This document shows, piece after piece, positions 26,407-40,225 of a DNA stretch of 64,000 bases. Below the pieces are notes generated by a model, which was not told where the DNA came from, did no database searches, and worked only from the letters and a program-made list of their open reading frames with translations. Source of the stretch: Octopus sinensis (lineage: Eukaryota); the NCBI RefSeq assembly GCF_006345805.1, contig NC_043010.1:21700001-21764000 (forward strand), in the 5' to 3' direction. Position 1 is the first letter of the stretch. Each line of letters starts with the position of its first letter. The position numbers and the translations under genes are program-made.

Positions 26407-27166
26407 TTCTTTTATATTTTGATTATCATAAATGTTCCACTGAAGAGGGAGCCGGTTTCCAACAAAGATACAAGGCTCCATTTTTGGGATGCTGTCAACA
26501 CAGGCAAACTCATATTTGGAACTTGAGAAAAGTCTTGCATATTTTTATAGATCCACTCACAGACTGGACTTGTAATGTACGAATCAGCCGGTCAATATCT
26601 TTTTCAAAATTCCAGTTTATCTATATTCTCTTTTAACAAAACCTAATTGAATATGAATTTATAGTCTGGATATAGAAGCTGGAAGTTTCGAAGCAGTTGT
26701 CCATATATATCCTGTTTTTCTTTGATTTTCAAAAGGATATTTATATCTTCAAGGCAACTAACCTCTATGATCGTATATACCTTTGCTCCTCTATGCCAAA
26801 CAACAATATCCGAGCTGTTATGCTTACATTTGACAGACATTTTGATGGGAATATTCCACCAGTATTCCTTGAATTGGTGTTTATGAATGTATTCCATAAC
26901 AGGGATTTTCTAAGTTTATTTCAAAACAGTCTTCTTTGCGGATGACATTGTAAATTTTTTTAACAACAACATCGTAACGCTTAGGGAGGTAGTACCGTGA
27001 CGACATTTTAGGACAGCTATAAATCACATGCGTAATATCTTCCAGAGAAACATGACATAGGCTACATATGCGGTTGCACATTGAGATCAAAAGGGCGTCA
27101 CTGTCTCTCTCGTTCACCTGGTACTTTGTGGTAATCGCCTGTTCCTGGATTGCAAACGCATAGGCT
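26407..27166 (-). mobile_element. 5'-truncated R4/Dong-like (RLE) LINE, 3' end, between TACA repeats
   Basis: Minus-strand translation AYAFAIQEQAITTKY...CSLC...EDITHVIYSCPKMSSRY (CCHC knuckle), RYD (RHD-like), KHNSSDIVVW...IIEVSC...KIKEKQDIYGQL (RLE PD..D/E..K region) and ...IKICKTFLKF*. (TATG)n from 27167 and tatgtatgt at 26398-26406. Confidence 0.85.
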
Positions 27167-27234
27167 TATGTATGTATGTATGTATGTATGTATGTATGTA
27201 TGTATGTATGTATGTATGTATGTATGTATGTATG

Positions 27235-27274
<40 letters not shown>

Positions 27275-27399
27275 CATACAGAGAGAAAGAGAGAGAGATG
27301 TAGAATATTTTAATGCGTACACCAGTGTGTGAGTGTGAGTGTGCATATATATATGTACTTTGTGTGTGTGTGTATGTGTGTCTGTGTGTGTGTATCTCT

Positions 27400-27481
<82 letters not shown>

Positions 27482-27892
27482 CTGTGTGCTTTGCAGCAGT
27501 GTGTAGCAAACCGAAGTAACTACTTGAATCAATATGGTAAGAAAGGTAAACCACTAAAAACCGATGCTCAGTTTGTCTACAACCAGAATACATTAAAAAG
27601 CGAACACCGAACATCAAGTATTTTTATTATAAGACCCTGTTCAATTTCTTTCCTGTCCTACTGTCTTTTTCCCTTTCATTCTTTCTTAACGTTTCGTGTC
27701 CGTTTCATATAATCATATCTATTTGTATGTCCCATTCTCTTCTAATTCTCCGATTGAAGCGTCTGAACGAAATTTTATTGTACGTTTAAATTCATTTCTT
27801 TCATATACACAGTATATTATCCTACATTATATTAGATTTATCATATTTGACTCGCATATATATATATATATATATAAATACACATGTATATA

Positions 27893-27947
<55 letters not shown>

Positions 27948-29304
27948 TATATATATATGTATATTTCGTTGAGAATATTTAGTCGTTTCTCCAGTTGTGT
28001 ATTATTCCTTCGCAGAGAAAAGAAAAAAAGTCAACTTTGAGGAAGAAACGGTTGATAATTTCTGCGCTACATTCACAGTCATTCAACGTTTTATTCAGCA
28101 TATGTATTAATAGGGTCGGGGGTTTCGAGGAGATTAGAGGACGTAAGGCGCATTTCTGCAATATTTCTCTTCTTGTTCTTATAGATCTGGTTTTAATAAT
28201 CATTTCTTTGTTCTGCAGTAATATTTAGTAATGGCGTCGCTTTATTCAATACGGAATGTCATGTATAGCCAAGTGAGTACCATACCATAAAATGTGATTC
28301 ACCAATCAGATGTAATATCTTGCCTTACGTAAAATTAATATATTTAGTGGTTTATAGTAAATTATGGGGTGACGTAGCATTGCAAACTGAAGTCCCTTAT
28401 GAAGAGACATTTACTTCAATTATGCCTTTAATGTTATAAGAAAAGATACGAATGTCTTAGCATCTGATTTTACTGCTCTAAGTATCAGTCAGTGAAGTGT
28501 TTAGTTGCACAAATATAAATATATTAACAAAATTAAGCCTGTGTAGCAATTCTGAGAGATAATTTATTCTATGGAGCGGAATTATCATGTAAATATCAAT
28601 CGATCGCTCAATTAGATCGATAAAGCTATTTGTTTCTTCTTTTTCTTTTCAAAAACAAATGTCTTATTTTCTATTCCCTCGTAGATCTGTATTATAAAAT
28701 AGCTTAATAATAGTTATTTTACCTCCATTGTCTGTAGAGTAAAATTAGTATTCAATGCTGTTCACCCGGTGTGATGCACTTTGTGATGGAATTGTGGCTT
28801 AAATATCATTGGTAACAATACAGACGAACACTTCAATGTTATAGACTTGAGGATACGAAATTCTCTGGGGATTTATGCTTCTCTTTTTCTTTTTCCTCTT
28901 TCATAAATATTCTTCTTCTATCGATCAGGCCGAAATCAAATCGATTTTATTGCCATCAATCCGAAAAAAAAATCATCATTTCAAAGTGGTATTTCATTAA
29001 ATATAACAGTGAACGTGCCAGATATAGCTTTAAACTACCGGCAGTAGTATAATATGAAAAGACTTCTTTTCAATATTTTATATCTCCGAATGTCAGAATT
29101 GTAATTGATTTTCCGTGATATGAAATCCATTTTCGATTTATTAATATCTCTACCAACGAAGAAAGGATAAAGCATGTAGGTTTTTTTCTCTCTACTTATT
29201 TATTCTTTTTTAACAGACTTGATCAAAAGAATAAACAAAGTCTAATATCCGTTTTTTTTTCTACAGTAAGAAAAAGTACTCCTTTCAGAAAAATAAAAAA
29301 ATGC

Positions 29305-29348
<44 letters not shown>

Positions 29349-29944
29349 TAATAATAATAATAAAAATAAAGAAAATAACTGAAAGAAAATACGTTTGTAA
29401 ATAATGCAAAATATAGATGTTAGTATTGCTTATTACAATATTTATAGTGCCAATAAATGGCGGAACATTGTAAGAAAGAGAAAATTAATTAGATTTACAA
29501 ATGGCACCGTGTCATCCGTTTCTTCTTTTTTATGTTGGTTTAACTGTGTGAGTTTTGGTATTGTATGACAGAATTTATTCCGAGATTACAATGTTCTGTC
29601 AAGCCATGCTATAGGTTTTCTTAACCTGGTGGAAATTATTACTAAGGTTATGGGTTTCGCTTTATAACACCGAATTGTCTTCGAGTTAATGGTTTCTAAA
29701 GGTATTCTGTATCACATGGAAGATTATTGGCATGTCTATTGTTAGGAAACTGATACACGAGATCACTTTCGTTGTAGATGCCGTCTCAATTACTTAATAA
29801 TAATCATGATAATAATAAAAATAATAACAACAACACAAACAAAACGAGCTCAGCAGCAGTGGCAGCACCAATAGCAGCATCAAAGATAACAACAAAAACA
29901 ACAACAACAATAACAGCAGAAGCAACAATAATAATGATATAGAT

Positions 29945-30665
29945 TGCGTGAAATAATGAGGGATACAAATACCTTGGGGTGATGCAAAACGATAGAATAA
30001 TGGTGGGAGAAATGATAAAGCAAATCTCTAAAGATTAGAAGAGGAGAAATAGGAAGGTGCTCGAAACAAAAATAAATGGAGGGAATATCATTAAAGCAAT
30101 AAATACATGAGCTTTGCCAGTACTGAAATGCTCTGCTCGCTTTCTGAAATGGACAAAGGTCAACCTACAAAATTCGGATAGGAGAATTAAAAAGTTCGTC
30201 ACATGGCACAACACTCACTAGTCTAACAGTAACACCGAGAGATTCTGCCAACGAAGAATGGAAGAAAACAGACGATTACTAAACGCAGAAGATACTGTTA
30301 CTCCGTTATTTTGGGGTTGAAAAATTAAGTTGTGTGAAGAGAAGGAACACTGTCGGCAGCTAGAGATTTCCCAAAAGTATCTGAAACAGATATAAAAGAC
30401 AATAGTGCAAGCAGATCGAATGAAATAGAATTACATAGCAAATCCATACAATAAACCGAGAAAGTTGGAAGTAACGAACGCTGGATCTGTCTGACGGGTG
30501 CAAACCTGAAGCGAGAGATGGAAGTGCTGATTATTGCTGCTGAGGGTCAAATTTTTAGAACAAATCCTATAAAGGCACAGATCAACACGGTTCAGACGAC
30601 AAATGTAGAATCCGCAATTAAGGAGAAAAATGTATCATACCACAGCTAGTGAGCTGAAACTAGAT
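29945..30665 (+). mobile_element. Decayed R4/Dong-like LINE fragment (RT thumb and downstream region)
   Basis: Translation GYKYLGVMQND...KINGGNIIKAINT*ALPVLK...DRRIKK, later NLKREMEVLIIAA...RTNPIKAQI...DDKCR. Preceded by (AAT/AAC)n at 29800-29940. Confidence 0.8.
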
Positions 30666-30756
30666 AAATAAAAAAATAATTGGGATACCGAATTTTCCAA
30701 AAGAAATACGAGCATAGGCAGATCTTCAGAACTATAGTCTATGTAGTGATTTCTGA

Positions 30757-30823
30757 GAAAGGAATGGAACTCGGGATCTTGGGGTTAGTAGTCCGTGCTA
30801 TAAACCACTACGCCATATGCCCG
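30757..30823 (-). mobile_element. Isolated tRNA-like SINE head (another family)
   Basis: A box TGGCGTAGTGG (30815-30805) and B-box-like GAGTTCCATTCC. Confidence 0.6.
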
Positions 30824-30947
30824 TATCAAATATACTTGAACTGCCTTGACAAAAGGTTTGTCTTCCCTACCTACTTTAACCTATATATTTATGCGTGTGT
30901 GTGTAAGTAAACATAAATATGTATATATATATATATATATGTATATG

Positions 30948-31262
30948 TGTCCCACTGCGCGGCAAGTGTCTTCTACTATACCCTCGGGCCGACCAAAGCG
31001 TTGTGAGTGGATTTGGTAGACCGAAACTGAAAGGAGCCTGTCATATAAATATTTATATGTGTGTACATATGTGTATGTATGTGTTTCTTGTTTGTGATTG
31101 TGTTTGTCCCCCCAGCATCGCTTGGCAACCCTTAGCGGTTCGGCAAAAAGTCACCGACAGAATAAGTATTAGCCTTACAAAGAATTAGTCCTGGGGTAGA
31201 TTTATTTCACAAAAAGTGGTGCTCCAGCATGACCGCAGTAAAATGACTAAAACAAGTAAAAA
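30948..31262 (+). mobile_element. SINE family B, 5'-truncated
   Basis: gtcccactgcg...cgggccgaccaaagcg...ggtgctccagcatgaccgcagt. Confidence 0.85.
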
Positions 31263-31416
31263 AGTACATATATATATATTATATATATATATATGTATAT
31301 ATACATAGTAAAAAAGTACACATATATATATGAAACAAGGTGGAAAAAAAAGAGTACTCAAATACCAGTGGTAGAGTAATATGTTTTATTTAAAGCAGCA
31401 GAAAATTCAACAAAAC

Positions 31417-31454
31417 CTGTTACTCTGAGTTTCCCGTTGCCGTTCATCGGACAG
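31417..31454 (-). ncRNA. Minimal type-I hammerhead ribozyme motif (variant core), minus-strand copy
   Basis: Exact reverse complement of 31520-31557. Confidence 0.6.
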
Positions 31455-31519
31455 TTTTTACTAAAATAGAACCGATAGAACTGGATAGAATTGACATATC
31501 GGTTCTATTCTAGCAAAAA

Positions 31520-31557
31520 CTGTCCGATGAACGGCAACGGGAAACTCAGAGTAACAG
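31520..31557 (+). ncRNA. Minimal type-I hammerhead ribozyme motif (variant core)
   Basis: CUGU-CCGAUGA-ACG(GCAA)CGG-GAA-ACUCAGAGU-A-ACAG. Stem I CUGU/ACAG, GNRA-capped stem II, near-palindromic stem III (ACUC-A-GAGU), GUA triplet at 31551-31553. Deviations: U4C and an A.G mismatch at the base of stem II. Confidence 0.6.
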
Positions 31558-31723
31558 GTTTTGTTGAATTTTCTACTGCTTTAAATAAAGTATATATATA
31601 TATTGGCCTGCTCGCTTAGCCAGCGGGGTGGCGTCATTTGAAGACTAAAACAATGCGAAGCGCATTGTAACCAGCGATGTGTAGCAACATCTGATAGTCT
31701 GGGCGGTCACGATGATCACGATG

Positions 31724-31760
<37 letters not shown>

Positions 31761-33206
31761 ACACATATATATATATGTATACATACACACACACACACAT
31801 GTATATATATATATAAACATACATACACACACACACTCACATACACGCATGCGTACACAGGCATACACACACGTGTGTGTGTGTATGCGTGTGTATGTGT
31901 GTGTGCAGCATGCGTTTGATTGCTGTTTGAGCATGCGCATAGTATCATTTATGGAGTTTCACAGGTTTAGAACGCAAAGTTAGTATATGAAGCAGAACTC
32001 CCCCCACCCGAATATTTCTATATATGCATATAAAATATATGCATGTATTTTTATAAATTGTCCGATATCTTGAATATGTGTTAAATACTTTATACACATC
32101 TGTTTAGTTAAGGACTCTATTCTCGATTCTTGGATGCATATTGTTCATAAAACCGATATCCAAAAATATACTCGGGTTGGATTGGTGCCAAGTGGTTGAA
32201 GAGTGATGCTTGAAATTTGGAAGTTTAAAGAGATTCTTCTGCATGCAAATGGCGGATGTTTCTTTCCTAAATTTTAAAATGTTCACTGTTGATGTTAACA
32301 TGTATACTTTGTATATGATACAGAGGTCGCATTGGCTGCACTGTCACCTGTATTTCCTGGCCTTAGATATGATGCTCAAATTTGTAGTGGGGGGGAGGTC
32401 CACGTAACTCTTTTTAAGTTACCATGGTAAAAAATACGTTTTCGTTTTATATCTTTTATCTTTGACTAAGCGAAGTCAATAGTTGTGTGTATCATTCCTT
32501 GAAGAAATATGCAGTTATTCCGACATAAGTTTTCATTATTCCGTTTATGCCAGTCATGTTGACCTGTACACCAGTCCCTATTTTCACGCACGTATCGTTC
32601 AGGGAACATTTACATTTATCTACAATTAAAAGATTTATGAGGTGTGCTCCTAATTCAAAAATCACATTTCCTATCTTGGAAAATCAACAATATTTATTTA
32701 ACACCGAGCTGCCATTAAAAATCTTGTGGTACTTATATAACATTAATTGCAAACTGGTCGAAGAATAACTAAATAGATTGATAAATTATTTGTAATTTTC
32801 TAAAATACATCACAAATTCTGAGAGCAAAACATGAACAGGTGAATAGCTAAAATAATTACGGAGTGCATAGACTAAACAAAAGGAAACAAAACAGAAAAC
32901 ATTCCTGAATATAAGGTACAAAATTGTGAGTGGTATTTGAAAGAATTATTGCCAGTTTCAATGTAATTTAGTGAGATCCATCATCATTTTATTAACTTTA
33001 TTAGCGATATCTGTATAACCTTTCCACATTATTTTTATTGGGATTAAGAACCAAACAAAGGTACCAGAAGACATAGACTTAGATACATGCTTACAAACAT
33101 ACATATAAACATACTATACATACATATATGTATGTACGTACGTATGTATGCATGTATGTGGATATGGGGAAACTGTATATATATATACATACACACACAC
33201 ACACAC

Positions 33207-33243
<37 letters not shown>

Positions 33244-33389
33244 CAAGAGTAAGTGAGGGGAGAGTGCGAAAGACTGACAGAAAGTAACTTTTATTCAATA
33301 ATTCTACTTCTACATGTATATGCATGCATCCACTCTACATACTCGGACTTACGCACGCGCACACACGTAATACATATATATTTGCATAT

Positions 33390-33430
33390 AAATTTATCTA
33401 TATGCATACATATATACGTATGTATATATA

Positions 33431-33471
<41 letters not shown>

Positions 33472-33583
33472 TACGTATGCATATATATATATAATTGTGT
33501 ATATATGTGTGTGTATAGATATATATATATAAATATGCATTTATATATGTGCATTTATATATATATATACATGTATATATATG

Positions 33584-33615
<32 letters not shown>

Positions 33616-33711
33616 ATATATATATATGTATTATATATATATGTATATATATATATGTATATATATATAATATATATATATATAATATATATATATATAA
33701 TATATATATGC

Positions 33712-33746
<35 letters not shown>

Positions 33747-33760
33747 CGCGCGCGCGTGTG
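33390..33760. repeat. Long compound (TA)n/(TATG)n microsatellite
   Basis: Direct reading. Similar arrays at about 35905-36150, 39060-39435, 50010-50100, 50370-50530, 57260-57345 and 57885-58025. Confidence 0.95.
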
Positions 33761-34177
33761 TGTATACATGCATACATACGTATATCCAGGCTTAAAAAGT
33801 AATGCAAACGCCTATTGAATCAGTTTACGGCATGCTATCACGCACGAAACAAATCATAACATTTTTATTGTAACACACATCCTTGTCATATTTTGTATGT
33901 TTGTCAACAAAAAATTGTAAACTTACCTTATTTTATTACCGTACAGATAAAATTTCATTTCAATATTTCACTTGAGTATTTCCAACATTTGAGTAACGTA
34001 AGAATTTCCATGATCTTATATTTTTGTCGTCTTAACATAATGTGGTGGACATTTTAAAGGAGGTGAACTTAAATAGAAACGTGAATATGTTTGTTCTTAA
34101 ACGAAAAGCAACTTCACGTTGAATCCTAGCTTTCACATAAAGTGAAATATATTGATTCCTGAAGTGACTATCTATCA

Positions 34178-34267
<90 letters not shown>

Positions 34268-34511
34268 ATATATATATATATTATATATATACATATATAT
34301 ATATACGTATATATATATCTTAGTAAGGAAGACACACAAAAAAGAAAGAAGAAAGAAAAGGACCATTGATGCGGTCACAGAAGTGTGACGAAAGAACTCT
34401 AGCGGAAATGCGATTAATATAAAATAAAGCTGAAGCAAGTGAACACCAAATATATAGTGCGCGTATTTTTCTTGGCTAAAGTTGCAACATGACCATCCCC
34501 AAATGCAACAA

Positions 34512-34587
<76 letters not shown>

Positions 34588-35459
34588 CATATCAATGCGA
34601 AATGGAAATTAATAGAAATTTTCATTTCCAGTGGCCTAGCATGTAAAAATTTAGTCCATAAAATACAGTGTACATTTAAACACATAAGGAATCCAAAATG
34701 TTTTTATTTTTTCATTTCTTTCTTGTCGAATTTTATCCCTACTTTTTGTGGTTATAGGACGTAGCTGTTCTATGTAGCGTGTTGAATCCCATGAGTGGCA
34801 TCCTTATGTGTTTAAATGAACACTGTATTTTATGACATATATATACATCATAGTGATTACTTTGTGTTGCCATGATAGCAGGCTCAGTTAATCGAGATCA
34901 TTCTCTTGATAGATATAATGTCTCTATGTCGCCTCAGGACAATATGAACTGGATAGAATTTGATGTCTCTATAAATCTGAGGTAAAGTATCATACACTTG
35001 TACGACACGTATCCCACTCTCTAAGGATCACAAGCGTGAATCCTATACTCGGCAGCGATACCAACTGCTTGTTTAAATTCGGAGTGTTCCCTTAGATTAT
35101 TACTTGTAAAAGGTACGTACAAATCGGCAGTTATTTGAAAAAAGGCGATTTATACAAAAGAATAATGCCGTTGTCTCTCATGATTTCAAAAGTCCTTCTG
35201 CTTTTATGCCCTAGGACGTCCAAAATCATGATCTTAATCGAAACAGATTAGTGTGATTGCCAGTTTAGTCGCCAACAAGCCCATCAATCAACAAGTTACA
35301 GTTGTTTACACGTGGCCAATTGCACTTTGCATTTAGCTGTTACAAGCCCGCGCACACAAATATTTATGTATGTGTGTGTGTACATATACAGCCTCGAGTC
35401 GATTAAAACCTTGTGAGCGGATTTGGTAGAGAAAAACTGAAAGGTTCTCGTTCTGTGCA

Positions 35460-35626
<167 letters not shown>

Positions 35627-35919
35627 TAATTTGTTAAAATGGAGAAGAGATGTTGAAATTTGAAATAATTTTAATACATGCATGCGATCGTTTCAAACAG
35701 CGATATTAACCTCAGATTTAGTTTATATACAACTAGTCTCACATTGTTTAGTACGCTCTCAATTTGCATGAGGATAAATATATATATATTTTCCGTCCTT
35801 GTTTCCTTGTATCCTCTATCTGGATGTTTTGCTGTCCCATTTTCGTATCACTTCGGTGTCTGGTTATTTTGCGTTCTTGTCCCATTTTGTATTGTATATA
35901 TATATATATATTATATATA

Positions 35920-35950
<31 letters not shown>

Positions 35951-36005
35951 ATATATATATAATATATATATATATTATACATATAATATATATATATATA
36001 TATAC

Positions 36006-36036
<31 letters not shown>

Positions 36037-36090
36037 GATATATATATATATACATACATACATACATACACACACACATATATATATATG

Positions 36091-36125
<35 letters not shown>

Positions 36126-36941
36126 TAATAATAATAATAATAATAATAATAGGGAGTTGCCTAATAATGGGTTTATCTCTAATTTAATTTATATATATAT
36201 ATATACATATAATAATAATATAAATACTATATAGATATATGCATATATACATACGTATATGTACATAACTATATATATATGTATATATATATATGCATAT
36301 ATAGGTATATATACTTATATTTTATATACATGTAGATAGATACGTATATACGTATATATATATATATATTTGAGTTTGTGTGTACATGTGTGTGCATGTG
36401 TGAGCGTGTATGTAGGTATTATGTACATATGTATCTATCATATGTATTATGTACATATGTATCTACCTGAAAGAAACAACTGGTGAAGCAAAACTTGCTG
36501 GTATGTATATATGAGTCTACGTATAAGTATACCTGTATCGGTTATAATATACCTTCGTGCACCTACGCGCATGTGTGTGACTCCGTGTTTTTATTGGTTC
36601 CCATTATCAAACAGCATATATGGAATATATACGTTTTCATTCCTTTTAACATCATATTAGATATAATTGCTCGATGGAAATCAGTAAACTAAATGATGTG
36701 GCAGAAGAAAGAAGAAACGAGATAATAATTATAGCCAATTCTTTTACGTGGAGACTACGTTTCGAGACTTACATGTTTGTAAACAAAGCAATTAACGTTT
36801 CGTCGTATACCTGGTAGAGACAAACATTTCTGTACAAGAGAGCGGGAAGAGGGAGGGGGACGGAAGACGAGGAAAACTGAAGAGGAGAGTGGTAAACAGA
36901 CAGGTGAATATAGAAATACACACACACACACACACACACAC

Positions 36942-37025
<84 letters not shown>

Positions 37026-37414
37026 ATGTATCCACTTATAAACAATAAACGTAATTAGAAATGTATACATGTATACATATACATACATACATATAGATAT
37101 ATACATATCTGACAATATCTATCTCTTTATATATTTCCATATATGTATATTTATATGCCTATATCTACATGTGTATATATATGTATTTGGATGTATAAAT
37201 TTTCGCCTAAGGGAGCACTTGTAAATTGATATATAAATATAGAGACAAACGGACATACAGACAGACAAAGGGGGAGAAAGACAGAGATATAGATAGACAG
37301 ACAAATAGATAGATAGGCAGATGTGGAGACTGATGCAGGCAGAGTGAGGAAGCGAGAGTGGTTCGATACATACGTATATATATATATATATATATAATAT
37401 ATATATATATATAT

Positions 37415-37477
<63 letters not shown>

Positions 37478-37719
37478 AGAGGAGGAGAGGCAGAAAAGGA
37501 AAGACTAATAAAAGATTGGTGAGGTTTGCCATTAACAATTAGAAAGATGAAAGAAATCACTTCCTTTCATTTCTCTGCCGCATAATAACCTTTAATGTTG
37601 AAATCGGTGTTTCAACAACATAACAATTGTTGATGGGATAGCAAATAAATAAACTAAGAAAAAAAAGACAATAATGATAACATTAACACGAAGAAGAAAA
37701 AGAAGAAGAGCAGCAACAA

Positions 37720-37734
37720 CGATATTATTATTAC

Positions 37735-37782
<48 letters not shown>

Positions 37783-37790
37783 CATCATCA

Positions 37791-37865
<75 letters not shown>
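37720..37865. repeat. (TTA)n microsatellite
   Basis: Direct reading. Confidence 0.95.
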
Positions 37866-37868
<3 letters not shown>

Positions 37869-38017
37869 TATTATTATCACGACCGCCAATTTAATCATTA
37901 AAATTAAACATACATAATTATACATGACGCAACCGCATGCACACGTATCAACACATACGCATATATATATAGCTATATACTTCCCCACGCGTCTCTCTCT
38001 CTCTCTGTCTTTGTGTT

Positions 38018-38061
<44 letters not shown>

Positions 38062-39224
38062 GAATTTACAAAAGAACAATAGACGAAGATGGTTGTGTAA
38101 ACAACAAACAGATGTATTAGTATAAGGCTCGGGAAGTAAAGAAGAGCCTACGCTCTTCGACGGAAACGAAAACAGAAATAAACAGGGAGAGAATATGAAA
38201 AAGGTTTAGTGGCTAGCGAACTATCATGGCGAATGCCAGACAGAGGTGTAACACAGGAATGTTAGGAAGAAGGGGAGATAATAAAGTAGTGGTGATCCGA
38301 AAATGAAGGTGTGCGTGTGTGTGTATGTGAGAGCGTGAATGTGCATGTGGATGGGGGCTGGTGACCTTGACGTGTATATATATATGAATATTCATGCACA
38401 GAGATATATTTCTCAAAGACTCAACAGTATATCTATATTCTTTTCTATTCTAGGCACAAGGCCCGAAATTTTGGGGGAGGAGGCCAGTTGATGAGTTCGA
38501 CACCAGTATACATTATTGCTACTGGTCGCGGTAGTGGTGGTGATGGTGATGGTGATGGTGATGCCGATTCTGATGATGGTGTTGGTGATGATGTTGTTCA
38601 TGGGGATGCAGGTGAGGCTAATTGTGATGACAGTTAAAAGTGTCATCTCCGCCAAACCACACCATCATTATTAACTTCACGATAACCATCTGTTCCATGA
38701 TGATGCTGAAGAAAATGATAATGCTGCTGCTGATGATAATGATTCATCTATCTGCTTCACTCTCTCTCTCTCTTTCTCTCTCTTTCACTCTTTATCTCTC
38801 CCTCCATCTCTCTATCTATTTATCTACAGTATAAATATATGTGCATATAGGTGTGTATATGTACATAAGTAAATGCAGCCTACACAAATATATCAATATG
38901 TTTATTTTACTTAATGCTGACATGTGTATTCGCATTTCCTGCTGTATTTCAAGTTTACCATAGACATTCTTATCAACATATGCCTCTGTTCTGGTCTTGG
39001 TTCGGTCTTTATTCATTCTTATTCGATAATCAAAACTGTTGGCAATATTCATTATATTGTCTCTCTCTCTCTCTCTCTCTCTCTCAGTCCCTCATTTATG
39101 TATGTATGTATGTATGTATGTATGTATGTATGTATGTATGTATGTATGTATGTATGTATCTATGTATGTATGTATGAATGTATGTATGAATGTATGTATG
39201 TATGTATGTATGTATTTAGGTATG

Positions 39225-39256
<32 letters not shown>

Positions 39257-39339
39257 CATGTATGTATATATATATATAAACATACATACATATATACATA
39301 CATACATACATACATACCTAAATACATACACACACACAC

Positions 39340-39396
<57 letters not shown>

Positions 39397-39735
39397 TATA
39401 TATATATTAATATATATAATATATATATATATGTGTGTGTGTATATATCAGTGCTCTCAAATTTAAAATTTGTATTATTGTACTGATGAGGAGAGTGAGT
39501 GAGTAGACATATGTTTTTTTTACATTTTTCACATCTCTCTCACTCCGAAACGCGTATACAGTTAATCAGAGCCGAGTAGATTCGTTATTTTTTCTCTTTA
39601 CCTGCGTGAGTTGTTGAGTTTTGCTGTCTGGGAGATATCTTATAGCCGTAGAGTAGCAGATTTTAACTGCTATTTCTAAATGTCGGTATGTGGTGAAGCA
39701 ACTTTTGCGGAACCCTAGCCATAATTATACTCACA

Positions 39736-39799
<64 letters not shown>

Positions 39800-40014
39800 A
39801 TGAGTTCCAGATTATCTTTGCAGTTTCGGCAATGTGTATCTATTCTTCTGTAAAGTCTTGGTTGGATGGACACACGGTCACATTGAAGGAATCGAAAATT
39901 TAATAGCTCTCGTATTGCCGACCGATCTCGCTTTCTATGTCCTCTAAGTGTTTGAATAATATGCAGCTGTTTGCTGCTCTCCTGTCTAGTCAATTTAGTT
40001 CAGTATATACCCAT

Positions 40015-40186
40015 GAAGTATTGTTAAGAAGTCTGTTTTCCAATCACATGGATGTGGGTTCATCTCCACTGCGTGGCACCTTGAATAGGTGATTTCTGCA
40101 ACATCCTCGAAGTATTGTGAATAAATGTGATAGATGGAAACTGATAGCACCCAGTTGTTCATATATGTCTGTATGTGTACGTGTGT

Positions 40187-40225
<39 letters not shown>

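Larger units (their letters stand above)
31330..31590. mobile_element. (TA)n-embedded Penelope-like terminal fragment forming a 93-bp-arm inverted repeat
   Basis: 31385-31477 is the reverse complement of 31497-31589 with 3 mismatches and a 19-nt loop. Each arm carries a hammerhead motif. PLE origin is inferred from this. Confidence 0.7.

Noticed and set aside
31608-31715. ggcctgctcgct resembles the HDV ribozyme L3 region
   Set aside because: P3 and P1.1 cannot pair and no P1/P2 5' strands are present. It is probably an ordinary repeat fragment.
32100-32400. Possible decayed coding fragment (EVALAALSPVFPGLRYD)
   Set aside because: Interrupted by stops, no recognisable domain and no convincing splice sites.
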